Positions 1-9,982 of a DNA stretch of 64,000 nucleotides are shown piece by piece. The notes beneath the pieces are model-generated. The model made no database searches, was not told where the DNA came from, and saw nothing but the letters and a program-made list of their open reading frames with translations. A program made the translations under genes and the position numbers. The stretch lies in contig JASGJH010000001.1 of NCBI GenBank assembly GCA_047601445.1, positions 8,736,001 through 8,800,000 of the forward strand, written 5' to 3'. The DNA is from Myxococcales bacterium. Lineage in GTDB: Bacteria > Myxococcota_A > Polyangia > Polyangiales > DASUME01. How positions within the stretch are numbered: position 1 is the stretch's first letter; each line of letters starts with the position of its first letter.

Positions 1-1
1 C

Positions 2-1159
2 GCGGGGGTGGGCCTCATCGGACTGTGTGCCGCGGCGGTGGTGAGTGTCTTGTCGGCCACCCTGCGAATGGGACTCTGGCTCTCGCGTGAGCCGGGACGC
101 GCCGAGTCGGAGCGCGTTTTCGCCGAGACGCGACAGCCGCTGCAGACGGGGTTTTTGGTGCCGCGCTTGCGTTTCTGGCCCTTCGTGGAGCCGCGCGTCG
201 AGTGGCTCGATCCCGCGTTCGCGGAGATCGAGGAGGCCCGCGAAGGCAGCCTTTTGACCGAGCAAGTTCGGCTCTGGGACCATGGTGAGATCCGGCGCGT
301 GACGCGGCGCATCGTGCTGCGCGACGTGTTCGGGCTCTCTAGTGTGGCTCTGCGCAAGCGCGCGAACGTGGACCTGGCGGTGTTGCCCCATGCGGGGTCC
401 TTGCGAAGCCTGCCCTTGCTGCGCTCCCTGGCCGGCGGCGACGACATGCCGCATCCACTCGGCATCGCGCAGGGCGATCGTCTGGAGCTGCGGCGATACG
501 CGCCCGGGGACCCGGCGCGCTTCATCCACTGGAAGGTCTACGCCCGAACCCAGAAGCTGGTGGTGCGGATGCCCGAGCGAGCGCTCTCGCGGGCCCACCG
601 TGTGGCCGCGTTCCTGCTGGCGGGCGAACAAGACGCGGCCAGTGCCGCGGCGGCGCGCGTGGCGCTCGAGGAAGCCGCCTTCGGGACGGACTTCTGTTTC
701 GGTGCCGACGGTTCACCCGAGCCCGCGCGCAGCCTCGAGCCGGCTTTGTCCTCCATTCGGCGCTCGAGCGGGGCGCGTGAGAGATCGGGGCGCGATCTGG
801 AGGCGTTCGTGGCCAACGTCGAGAAGCAAGGGCCCGCCAGCTACGTGCTGTTCGTGCCGTCCGTGGCCGGCGAGGGAGTCGAAGCCGTCCGCCGCATGGT
901 CAGTGCGCAAGGTCACCCGGTGCGCATCGTGATCGGCATCGACGGACTCGAGAACCTGGGCCGCGCGCCCTGGTGGTCGCGCCTCACGCTCCGGGAGAGC
1001 GCGAGCTCTCGGGTGCAGCTCGAGGCCCTGCGCGATTCGATGTCGGCCTACAAGCGCATGAACTGCGATGTCGTCGTGCTGGACCGAGAGAGCGGCCGCG
1101 CGCTCGGCGATGCTCACCTCCAGCACGCGGCGAGGCATGCGCAGGGAGTGGCAGCGTGA
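2..1159 (+). CDS. DUF58 domain protein (5' partial, frame open to window edge)
   Basis: Motif LRRYAPGDPARFIHWKVYARTQKLVVR is typical of DUF58; adjacent to transglutaminase and MoxR genes. Confidence 0.85.
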   Translation, partial: AGVGLIGLCAAAVVSVLSATLRMGLWLSREPGRAESERVFAETRQPLQTGFLVPRLRFWPFVEPRVEWLDPAFAEIEEAREGSLLTEQVRLWDHGEIRRVTRRIVLRDVFGLSSVALRKRANVDLAVLPHAGSLRSLPLLRSLAGGDDMPHPLGIAQGDRLELRRYAPGDPARFIHWKVYARTQKLVVRMPERALSRAHRVAAFLLAGEQDAASAAAARVALEEAAFGTDFCFGADGSPEPARSLEPALSSIRRSSGARERSGRDLEAFVANVEKQGPASYVLFVPSVAGEGVEAVRRMVSAQGHPVRIVIGIDGLENLGRAPWWSRLTLRESASSRVQLEALRDSMSAYKRMNCDVVVLDRESGRALGDAHLQHAARHAQGVAA

Positions 1160-3360
1160 CGCGCAAGAAGCCCATCCAGCCGACCAAGCCCGAGGCGGCC
1201 ATCGCCGAGGCGCCTTGGCTCGTGACCACGTTGCGGGCGCTGGTCTATGCGCTGTGCGGTGCTGCCTTCGCCTGGCCGCTCGCGCACGTGCCGACGGTGT
1301 TCGCCACGGCATTTGGGGCGCTCGCGGGTGCCTTGCTGTCTCCGCGCCTCGCGCGCTCGCGCCTGCGCACCACCTGGCTCGTGCTTGGCGGGCCGCTGCT
1401 TGCGGCACTCGGCTTCGGTTTAGTGCGCTTGTTCGCCCGCTCGGGCAGCATCGCGCAGGCGCTGGGCGACGAGCAGTTCCTCGCTGTGGTGGACGCGCTG
1501 TCGTTCGCACTGGTGGCGCTGGCCTTGTCGGTCGCGCTCTCGGCCCTCTCGTTGCGCTATCGCTTCGTGGCGTTCGTGGAGGTGGCCCTCGGCGGCATGA
1601 TCGCCTCGCAGCTGGTGGCCGAGCACCGTCACGGAGCCATCAATCGGCCCTTCGACATCGCCGATCCGATTCTCTCTTCTGGCGGCGACCCGGTGGTGGT
1701 GTTCTACGCGCTCGGCGGGCTAGCGGTGATCGGCCTGGCGATGATTCTGATCTTCGAGCGTTCGCTGTGGCGACTGAGCGCCCACGTCGCGCTCCTCCTG
1801 CTGCTCTTGGGGGCCGCCGGCTTGGCCGCCGAATCTGGCTTCGTGCCGCACCCGGAACCCAAAGATGCCCTGGGACTCACGGGCAAACCGGACGAGCAGG
1901 ACAAGGACAACAAGAACGGCAAGAACGGCCGCGGGCGCCCCGACAACGATACCCTCGAGTTCCGCGATCAGGAACGCAACCGCGATCAGCAAACGCCGGT
2001 GGCCGTGGTGCTGCTACACGACGACTACTCGCCCCCCACGGGCGTCTACTACTTCCGTCAGGGAGCGTTCAGTCAGTTCAATGGTCGGCGCCTCGTGGCG
2101 ACCACGCGCGACGCGCTCGATCGCGACATCGTGCCCAACTTTCCGGTCGACAAGCTCAAGGTGCCCGAGGCGCCCGACGCCGGGCTCGACCGCGCCACGC
2201 TCGAGAGCACGGTGGCCCTGCTCGCGGACCACACGCGGCCGTTCGGGCTCGAAGCTCCCGTGGAATTCGTCGCGCAGGAGAACCCGAGCCCCGAGCGCTT
2301 TCGGCGCGTATACAAGGTGGTTTCCTCCGCGTTGACCGCGGACTTCATGACGCTCACCGGGCATCGCGCCGCGAACCCCAAGTGGAGCGCGGAGGACAAG
2401 CAGCAGTATCTGGCGCTGCCCGCGGACCCTCGCTACGCCGAGTTGGCGCACAAGATCGTCAGCAGCCTGCCTCCCGAGGTCCAGGAGGACCCGATGATCG
2501 AAGCCTGGGCCGTCCGCGAGTGGCTCAGCAAAGAGGGCACCTACAGCCTGGCGAGCAAGCACGCCACGGCCGAGGATCCCACCGGGCATTTCTTGTTCGG
2601 TGACAAGACCGGCTACTGCGTCCACTTCGCGCATGCGGCCGCTTTCTTGCTGCGTTCACTCGGCGTGCCTGCGCGCGTGGCGACGGGCTACGCCGTGGAG
2701 GAGTCGGCGCGTCAGGGCGGGTCGGCACTGTTGATCGCGAGCGGCGCGGCCCACGCATGGCCCGAGATTTACCTGGATGGCGTGGGTTGGGTGGTGGTCG
2801 ACGTGCAACCCGAGCGCACGCTCGATCCGGCGCCCGAGCCTCCCGACGCGGATCTACAGCGACTCCTGGGGCAGCTCGCCCGCGGCATTCGACCGCTTCC
2901 CCCCGACGGCAGTCCTCCGCCCACGCCCTGGGAGATTTGGCTCAAGGACCTCGCCCGCTGGGCGCGCGATGCGCTGGGGCACGGCTTGGTGGCAGCCCTG
3001 GGGCTGCTCTACCTGGCCAAGCTCTGGCGCCGCTTCGCCCCGTGGTTTGCCAGCAGCAAGAGCTTGCCGCGCGTGGCCTATCGAGCGGAGCTGGACCGGC
3101 TCGCCGAGCTCGGCCTGTCGCGTCGGCGCGGCGAGTCCCGTGAGGCCTTCGCACTCCGCGTGAGCGCGGTGGCCCCGGGCTTCCGCGAGCTGACCAATTT
3201 GCACGTGGGCGCACGCTTCGGTTCACGTTCCGCGCTGGCACGGGCGGGAGAGCTGAAGCCCCTGACCCGCGTGATTCAAGAGCAACGTCGACGAGCCTTC
3301 AGTTGGTGGCGTCGAACGCTCGGCGTCCTCACCCCCTGGAGCTGGTTGAAGGCGCGCTGA
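1156..3360 (+). CDS. Multi-TM transglutaminase-like domain protein (TgpA-like)
   Basis: GTG start overlaps the DUF58 stop (GTGA); N-terminal TM helices; triad motifs GYCVHFA, HAWPEIY, VVVDVQP. Confidence 0.85.
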   Translation: MTRKKPIQPTKPEAAIAEAPWLVTTLRALVYALCGAAFAWPLAHVPTVFATAFGALAGALLSPRLARSRLRTTWLVLGGPLLAALGFGLVRLFARSGSIAQALGDEQFLAVVDALSFALVALALSVALSALSLRYRFVAFVEVALGGMIASQLVAEHRHGAINRPFDIADPILSSGGDPVVVFYALGGLAVIGLAMILIFERSLWRLSAHVALLLLLLGAAGLAAESGFVPHPEPKDALGLTGKPDEQDKDNKNGKNGRGRPDNDTLEFRDQERNRDQQTPVAVVLLHDDYSPPTGVYYFRQGAFSQFNGRRLVATTRDALDRDIVPNFPVDKLKVPEAPDAGLDRATLESTVALLADHTRPFGLEAPVEFVAQENPSPERFRRVYKVVSSALTADFMTLTGHRAANPKWSAEDKQQYLALPADPRYAELAHKIVSSLPPEVQEDPMIEAWAVREWLSKEGTYSLASKHATAEDPTGHFLFGDKTGYCVHFAHAAAFLLRSLGVPARVATGYAVEESARQGGSALLIASGAAHAWPEIYLDGVGWVVVDVQPERTLDPAPEPPDADLQRLLGQLARGIRPLPPDGSPPPTPWEIWLKDLARWARDALGHGLVAALGLLYLAKLWRRFAPWFASSKSLPRVAYRAELDRLAELGLSRRRGESREAFALRVSAVAPGFRELTNLHVGARFGSRSALARAGELKPLTRVIQEQRRRAFSWWRRTLGVLTPWSWLKAR

Positions 3361-3377
3361 CCGCGCCTGGAGATGTC

Positions 3378-4379
3378 ATGTCCTCTCAAGCACAAGATCT
3401 GAATCAAGCCCATGAACTCGTCTCACGTCTGCGCGCGCGGCTCGCCGCGGCGGTGCGCGGGCGCGACGATGTCATCGAGCTCTTGCTCATCGCACTCCTG
3501 GCCGACGGCCACGTGTTGCTCGAGGACTTCCCCGGCTCCGGCAAGACCACCCTGGCGCGCGCGCTCGGCGAGGCGGTGGAGGGCGATCAGGGGCCCGAGG
3601 AGATCAGCTCCTTCCGGCGCATCCAGTTCACGCCCGACCTGCTGCCGAGCGACGTCACGGGTACCAACGTGTTCGAGCCCGCCACGGGTGGTTTCGTGTT
3701 CCGACGCGGGCCCATCTTCGCGCACGTGGTGCTGGCCGATGAGATCAACCGCACGTCGCCCAAGGTGCAGGCGGCGATGCTCGAAGGCATGGCCGAGAAG
3801 CAGGTCACCATCGACGACCGTACGTACCCGCTCGATGCGCTGTTCTTCGTGATCGCCACGCAGAACCCGCTGGACCTGGCGGGAACGTATCCGCTGCCGC
3901 GTCCGCAGCTCGACCGCTTCCTGTTCAAGATCCGCATGACCCACATCGCGCGCAACGACGAGCTCGCGGTGCTCGCCGACTACCCGGCACCGCGCCTCGA
4001 GCGCGCCGCGCAGCTTCCGGGCGTGAAGCGCAGCGAGGTGTTGCGGGCGCGCGAGGCGCTGCGCGAAGGCGTCTCGATTCACGCGAGCATGCGCGAGGCC
4101 CTGGTGGACCTGGCGGGTGCGCTCAGGGCGGATGCACGTCTGGTCAACGGGGTGTCCACGCGCTCGCTGGTGTTGCTGCTGCCCGCGCTCCAGGCGCGTG
4201 CCTTGATCGCCGGTCGTGACTACGTGAGCCCGGAGGATCTCGAGGCGCTCGCGCCCCACGTGTTCCACCACCGCGTGGAGCCCGCGCCCGGCATCGACGA
4301 CGTCGAGCGCGTGGTGAAAGACGCACTCAAGCCCCAGATCGAGCGGCTTGCCCGCCTGAGCCTCGCACGGTCGGCATGA
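3378..4379 (+). CDS. moxR: MoxR-family AAA+ ATPase
   Basis: Walker A EDFPGSGKT, RIQFTPDLLPSD, Walker B LADEINR, ATQNP, LDRF. Confidence 0.92.
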   Translation: MSSQAQDLNQAHELVSRLRARLAAAVRGRDDVIELLLIALLADGHVLLEDFPGSGKTTLARALGEAVEGDQGPEEISSFRRIQFTPDLLPSDVTGTNVFEPATGGFVFRRGPIFAHVVLADEINRTSPKVQAAMLEGMAEKQVTIDDRTYPLDALFFVIATQNPLDLAGTYPLPRPQLDRFLFKIRMTHIARNDELAVLADYPAPRLERAAQLPGVKRSEVLRAREALREGVSIHASMREALVDLAGALRADARLVNGVSTRSLVLLLPALQARALIAGRDYVSPEDLEALAPHVFHHRVEPAPGIDDVERVVKDALKPQIERLARLSLARSA

Positions 4380-6382
4380 AGCTTCACCGCACCCTGCGTG
4401 TGTCCCTGCTGTGGCTGGGCCTGGCGGGCTCGGCGAATGGCCTGGCGGCCAGCGCGGCCCGTGCGCAGGGCATGGAGCAGCTGCTCGAGGCCCCGCCCGG
4501 AATGGAGGCGTCGCCGGAGGAGCTCGAGGCGTTCTACACCGCGATGTCGGGTCGCTTGATCCGCGCTCGCGAGCTGGCCACCAAGCTGCTCGCGAAGCAT
4601 CCCGACTCCTACGTGGGCAACTACGTGATGGGCGAAGTGGAGCACGACGCCGAGGCGAACTTCCCGCGTGCCGTCTATCACTTCGAGCGCGCGGCCCAGC
4701 TTTTTCGGGCGCGGTACGGCGACCATCCCGGCGAGACGCAGCCCTGGCGTTGGCACACCCGCATCATGCTCTCGCTGGCGTTCGCCTACGGAGAGATCGA
4801 GAAGCACGAGGAGAAGCTCGCGCTCATCGGCAAGTACAACGAGCTCTACGATCCGGATCGCCTGGCCGAGCGCGCGTGGCCGCTGATGAAGCTGCGCGAG
4901 TTCGACGCGGCCCGCAAGGCCGCCGAGGAAGGCCTGCGCACCGACGATCCCCAGCAGCGAGAAATCGCCCTGAATTCCCTGTGCGCGGTGGAGTTCGAGG
5001 CAGGCAACGACGAGGCGAGCTACGAGGCCTGCAAGCGCGCCATGGACAACGCACGCGCGCTGGGCAACGGGCTCGACCCGGCGGACTTGATGAACTTCGC
5101 CGAGGCGTCGCGCTCGGTATTCAAGTTCGATGAGGCCGAGCGCATCGACCGCGAGGCCACGGAGGCCAGCACGGCCTGGTACGGCAATCCCTGGTCGGAG
5201 CTCGGCGAACTGTACCTGCGCGAGGCGCGGCTGCCCGAGGCGCTCTCGGCGCTCAAGGAGATCCCCAAGTATCGCGTGCAGCGTCCACCCCACGTGCGCG
5301 AGGCCGATCGCAACGAGAACCGCCGCGCGCTGAGCGCCTTCTTTCTTCTGCTGGGGCGCCCCGACGAGGCCTTGCGCATCACCGAGAAGGCCTTGGTGGC
5401 GCCCGATCGCCGGGGACACAACAGCCGTGATCCCGCGCAAGATCGCTCGATTGCCGCACTGCTCGACCGCGGCGCGCACCTGATGAAGGCAGAGCGCGCC
5501 GAGGAGAACGCGGTGACGCTGCCCTGGTACAAGCGAATCTACGCCTGGAGCGACGCCGAGGTCTCACGCGCGCAGGCCTGGCTCAGCGGTCGCCGCGCGG
5601 TGCGCGCGGTAGGCGATGGTGATCGTCTGGCGGGCAGCTTCCAGATCGGCACGGCGCGGGGCGCGATCATGCCCCCGTGGTTGGCTGGTGATCTGGTCCA
5701 CGTGGTGGGGGCCGGCGCGTCCGAGGCGGCCATCCAGGTGGGACGCCGCATCGACAAACGCGCGCAGGCCCGCGCCTACTACGACGCCTTCGAGGGCGAG
5801 GCCGCATGGATCGCGCGCGATGGCGGCAAGGCCGAGAAGCTCCTGAGCAGCGCGAGTGAGACGCTGCCCACCGCCGAGGCGCTGTTGCGCGCCCGCGTCT
5901 TCGCGATCTTGGGGCAGGTGCGTGAGGAGCGCGGAGCCCTCTCGGCGGCGCTGCAGGACTACGAGCGCGCGATGCAGATCGACCCCGGCGTGCTGCGGCG
6001 TTTGGGCATCGCGTTGCCTGTGCGCGTGGAGACTCAGGGCGACGAGGTCGCCAGTGATGCGGCCGATGCGCTCGGGCGCTCGCCTCGTTTCGACGTGGGC
6101 GCGAGCGGACTTCTCCTGCGCGTGCATGCGACGCGCGCCGGCGGCGAGGCGTGTCTGGTGGGCGCATCCGGAGCCCAGCTCGCCTGTGGTCAGGTGCAAG
6201 CCAAGGCCAACGAGCCCGCAGACTCGGTGGTGACGAGGCTCGTGCGCGATGCCCACGAGAACATCTTCGAGCCCAACGTCGATCTATCGCAGACCGACGC
6301 CAACTCGCTGGACGGCTCCAACCTGCGCGGTGGCCAACAGGACCTGACGCCGCTGCTGCAGGGCGAAGGCTTCACGGAGTAG
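4376..6382 (+). CDS. Secreted TPR/helical-repeat protein
   Basis: ATGA overlap with moxR; signal peptide ending ARA-Q; TPR-like helices such as ALQDYERAMQIDP. Confidence 0.7.
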   Translation: MKLHRTLRVSLLWLGLAGSANGLAASAARAQGMEQLLEAPPGMEASPEELEAFYTAMSGRLIRARELATKLLAKHPDSYVGNYVMGEVEHDAEANFPRAVYHFERAAQLFRARYGDHPGETQPWRWHTRIMLSLAFAYGEIEKHEEKLALIGKYNELYDPDRLAERAWPLMKLREFDAARKAAEEGLRTDDPQQREIALNSLCAVEFEAGNDEASYEACKRAMDNARALGNGLDPADLMNFAEASRSVFKFDEAERIDREATEASTAWYGNPWSELGELYLREARLPEALSALKEIPKYRVQRPPHVREADRNENRRALSAFFLLLGRPDEALRITEKALVAPDRRGHNSRDPAQDRSIAALLDRGAHLMKAERAEENAVTLPWYKRIYAWSDAEVSRAQAWLSGRRAVRAVGDGDRLAGSFQIGTARGAIMPPWLAGDLVHVVGAGASEAAIQVGRRIDKRAQARAYYDAFEGEAAWIARDGGKAEKLLSSASETLPTAEALLRARVFAILGQVREERGALSAALQDYERAMQIDPGVLRRLGIALPVRVETQGDEVASDAADALGRSPRFDVGASGLLLRVHATRAGGEACLVGASGAQLACGQVQAKANEPADSVVTRLVRDAHENIFEPNVDLSQTDANSLDGSNLRGGQQDLTPLLQGEGFTE

Positions 6383-8024
6383 CGGGCGAGTCTGGCTTCG
6401 GGGGGGCGCGCTCCACGGGATAGACGCTGATCCAGGTCGCCCGCTTGGACTGAAAACCCTTGGCCACCATGCCCGTCCGCCACGCGCCCAAGCTCGGCCA
6501 CAGATGCTTGCGCAAGAACTCGAAGCTTGCACCGGGAAACTCCGTGTAGACGAGCTCGTCGGACACGCCGAGCGCCGCATGGTCGAAGGAGGTGAACGGT
6601 TCGCGCCGCAGCCAGTACACCGGGGCACCGTCCGAGTCGATCGCGTCGGCGCGCTCGCCAGGCTCGAGCACGTGCACATTCCAGGGATGCTTGCGGAAGA
6701 ACGGATAGCTCGGTACCAGCGTCTCGTCGTCCACGGCGAAGTGGATGGGAGCGGGGAGATCCTGGGCCCAGTGTGCGAACTGGTAATGCGGGCGCCAACC
6801 GAGCGGATAGAAAGCGAGCAAGGCCATGCCCATCAAGTTCCACACCACCAGCGCGCCATAGAGCCAGCTGCGCTGGAAGCGGCGGAACAGCGCGGCCACC
6901 GACTCCGCCTTGCTCTGCAGCCAGTGGGAGCTCTTCGTGTCGCTCTCCTCGAAGCCCATCGCGGCACCCACGAGCGCCAGTAGGAACACTGGGAACATGT
7001 AGCGCTCCTCTTTGTGCCCGATAGCGCTGTGCGCGAAGATGAACGGGATGGTGGTCCAGCTGAGCACGTGCTTGGGCCGCCGCACCCAGCACACCGTGAG
7101 CCCCACGATGGCCAGGATCACCACCGGCGCGAAGATGTTGGCCAAGGTGATGTGCAGGTAGCCGAAGAACCACTTGGTCCCGTACTGCGCGGCCACTCCC
7201 TCGATCATGTTGGTGCGCAGGTAATTCCAGGGCGGGAACGCGAACTCGCCGTAGCCCCAGCTGTCGACGGCCAGGGCGAGCGCCATCGGCACGAGGCCGC
7301 CCGCGCACACCACCAGGGTGGCGCGCACGTCGCGTGCGACGAGCCACATCCAGGCCAGCAGACCCACGATCGCGAAGGCCATTTGAAAGCGGAACTCGAA
7401 GCACATGCCGAGCAAGAGCCCCGCTCCGAAGGCGCGCCCTGCGGATAGGCGGGCACCCTCGCTCCAGGCGGCCTCCGCGGGGCGTCCGCGCACGATGACG
7501 CTGAGCGCGAGCAGTAGGCAAGCGGTGGACAGATTCTCCGAGGTCGCGCGCACGGCGATGTACGGGATGAAGCCGGCGAGCGTCAGCCAGCGAATGCGCG
7601 AGCGATTGGCGTCTTCGTGGCTGACCCACGGGGCCGACGTCTGCATCAACGAGACGAGCGCCGCGAACGACACCAGGCACGAGGCCAGGCGCATCAGGAA
7701 GATCATCACGAAACGGTCGTCGAGTCCGAGTGCCACCAGGGGCTTCAGCAGCGCGTAGTAGAGAGCCGGCTGCATGAACGGGCGGGCGCGCTCGACGAAT
7801 TCCCAGGTCAGCTCCTCGGGCCGGGTGAAGCCGAGCTTGAGCCCAACGAACTCGATGATCTGATAGTGCTCGTCGGGGTGGAAGAAAGTCTCGCTACGGA
7901 ACGCCGTGAGCAGCGTGACCGCGAAGTTGAAGAGCAAGAGCTTGCGCGTGGTGGGGTCGGCCCACGGACGCTCGCGATCGGACCAGGCCGATGCTGGGGA
8001 GAAGGACGTGCCTGGCGCGCTCAT
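6372..8024 (-). CDS. Alg9/PIG-B-like (GT22) membrane mannosyltransferase
   Basis: HPDEHYQIIE...LTWEF..RAR loop after TM1, HKEERY motif, about 10 TM helices. Confidence 0.75.
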   Translation of the reverse strand: MSAPGTSFSPASAWSDRERPWADPTTRKLLLFNFAVTLLTAFRSETFFHPDEHYQIIEFVGLKLGFTRPEELTWEFVERARPFMQPALYYALLKPLVALGLDDRFVMIFLMRLASCLVSFAALVSLMQTSAPWVSHEDANRSRIRWLTLAGFIPYIAVRATSENLSTACLLLALSVIVRGRPAEAAWSEGARLSAGRAFGAGLLLGMCFEFRFQMAFAIVGLLAWMWLVARDVRATLVVCAGGLVPMALALAVDSWGYGEFAFPPWNYLRTNMIEGVAAQYGTKWFFGYLHITLANIFAPVVILAIVGLTVCWVRRPKHVLSWTTIPFIFAHSAIGHKEERYMFPVFLLALVGAAMGFEESDTKSSHWLQSKAESVAALFRRFQRSWLYGALVVWNLMGMALLAFYPLGWRPHYQFAHWAQDLPAPIHFAVDDETLVPSYPFFRKHPWNVHVLEPGERADAIDSDGAPVYWLRREPFTSFDHAALGVSDELVYTEFPGASFEFLRKHLWPSLGAWRTGMVAKGFQSKRATWISVYPVERAPPKPDSPATP

Positions 8025-8084
8025 CGGGCGCGATCATGACGCGAAACGGGGCGCTTGCACCCACGCGCCGGTTAGGGAAACCGC

Positions 8085-9827
8085 CTAGGGCGTCGCGGCG
8101 GCGGGCGGTGCGGGGGCTTCGGCGGCGGGCTCGGCCGGTGCAGGCGTCGGCTCGCCCGCGGGCGCTTCGGCCTTTGGAGCATCTGCCTTGGGGGCTTCGC
8201 CTGCGGGGGCGCTAGGGTCCTTGGCTTCGGGCGCGCTCACCTGACTCGGCTTGGGGGCGGGTGGCAGCGGCGTTTCGCTGATGATCTCGCCCTCGACGTG
8301 CTCCCCTTCGTTGACCACCACGGTCTCTTCGACCTCTTCCCACTCGTCCATGACGGCGTCGGCCTCGGGGGAAATATCGCTCGTGGGCTTGGCCGCTGCG
8401 CTGGGAGTCCCGGCCGGCGTGTAGGCTGCGCCGACGGGCGCTGCGGTGCCGGGCTTGACCTTCTTGCGGCGGATCTTGCGGACCACCGTCTTCTTGGGCC
8501 CCTCCGAGTCCGGGGCAGGCTCCGCCGTGTTCTCCTCCGGCGCCGTCGCCGGCGCTGCGGCGGGGGCAATCGGCTGCTGGGCGCTCGCTTCGGCGGGAGA
8601 GCCGGAACTTCCCTTGTGACTCCACAGCCAGGCACCAGCGCCGAGGCCGAGCAGCACGAAGGTCGTGATGGCGCCCAAGCGGAAGAGCGGAGGCTGATTT
8701 TGCGTGGCGCGATTCGGTGCGCGCTCAGGCTCGTTGCCGAGGCGCAGCTGGGGCTGAGTGCGCAACGTGATCGGCTGGGCTGACTGCGCTGGCGGCTGGG
8801 GCTGCGCGGTGCCGGTCGGCGTGACCACGGTCTTGGCGTCGATCGACGACTTCGGAGCGGGCGTCGGCGCGGGCAGGGTCTTGTCTTCGCCACTCGAGCG
8901 ACCGATGAAGTCGGGGCGCGTCAGCCTGCGTGACATGCGCGCCTCGTCGCTGGCGTGCGTGCTCACGTGATTGGGCACGAACTCCTGCAGTGCGGCGATC
9001 ATCGCCTCCAGCGTGGGGAAACGGTCTGCGCGGTCCTTCTCGATGGACTTCATGACGGCGTTGACCAATCCCTCCGGGAGATCGGGGCGCAACGCGCTCA
9101 AATGCTTGGGAGGCCCGCTCATCATGCGGATGGCCAGCGCGGGTGCGCTGTCGGCGACGTAAGGCAACTGCCCCGCCATTGACTCGTACAAGATGCAGCC
9201 CATGGCGTAGACGTCCGCGCGGGCGTCGATATCGCGCTGGCTGTTGAGCTGCTCGAAGGACATGTAGTGGGGCGTGCCCATCAACACGCCGCTCTTGGTG
9301 AGCGAGCGCTTCTCCTCTTCGTCATCGAGCTTGGAGATGCCGAAGTCGAGCACGCGCGGATCGTCGAGGCGGCCCGAGGGGCCCTTGCACACGAAGATGT
9401 TGTCGGGCTTGAGATCGCGATGGACGATGCCCTGGGCATGTGCGGCGGCCACGCCCTCCATGGCGCGCAGCACGAGCGCCAAGATCTCGTCGAGCTCCAC
9501 GGCCTTCTCGCGCAGCAGCGCCGAGAGCGGCTTGCCCTCGAGGTAGGGCATGACGATGTACAGGACCTGCCCGTCTCGGCCCACGTCGAACACGTCGACC
9601 ACGTGGCGATGCTGGATGCGGCCGGCGGCCTGAGCTTCACGCAGGAAGCGTTCGACTAGCTCCGGATACTCGAGGTACTGCGGGAGCAAACACTTGAGCG
9701 CGAGCTTCTTGCCGGTAACGCGGTGGCTCACCAGATAGACCGCGCCCATGCCGCCCTGGCCCAAGCTGCGTTCGACGACGTACTTGTCGGCGATGACGTG
9801 ACTTGGTTCGGGCAAGGTTTGGGTCAT
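8085..9827 (-). CDS. Membrane Ser/Thr protein kinase (Hanks type) with Pro/Ala-rich external tail
   Basis: LGQGGMGAV, ALK, HRDLKPDN, DFG; one TM; start chosen at MTQTLPE. Confidence 0.92.
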   Translation of the reverse strand: MTQTLPEPSHVIADKYVVERSLGQGGMGAVYLVSHRVTGKKLALKCLLPQYLEYPELVERFLREAQAAGRIQHRHVVDVFDVGRDGQVLYIVMPYLEGKPLSALLREKAVELDEILALVLRAMEGVAAAHAQGIVHRDLKPDNIFVCKGPSGRLDDPRVLDFGISKLDDEEEKRSLTKSGVLMGTPHYMSFEQLNSQRDIDARADVYAMGCILYESMAGQLPYVADSAPALAIRMMSGPPKHLSALRPDLPEGLVNAVMKSIEKDRADRFPTLEAMIAALQEFVPNHVSTHASDEARMSRRLTRPDFIGRSSGEDKTLPAPTPAPKSSIDAKTVVTPTGTAQPQPPAQSAQPITLRTQPQLRLGNEPERAPNRATQNQPPLFRLGAITTFVLLGLGAGAWLWSHKGSSGSPAEASAQQPIAPAAAPATAPEENTAEPAPDSEGPKKTVVRKIRRKKVKPGTAAPVGAAYTPAGTPSAAAKPTSDISPEADAVMDEWEEVEETVVVNEGEHVEGEIISETPLPPAPKPSQVSAPEAKDPSAPAGEAPKADAPKAEAPAGEPTPAPAEPAAEAPAPPAAATP

Positions 9828-9982
9828 GTCTCGTGGCTCGAGCTGAGGACCGCCCATCCCCCTGAATGGCAGCCCGGACAACACCCTACGGCGTTTCGCT
9901 GCTCTGCGCTATGGAAGGTAACCCTGATGCGGAGTTCGAGGTGTGCACGTTGGATGATCGCACCCACGTTCTCTTACCAACT

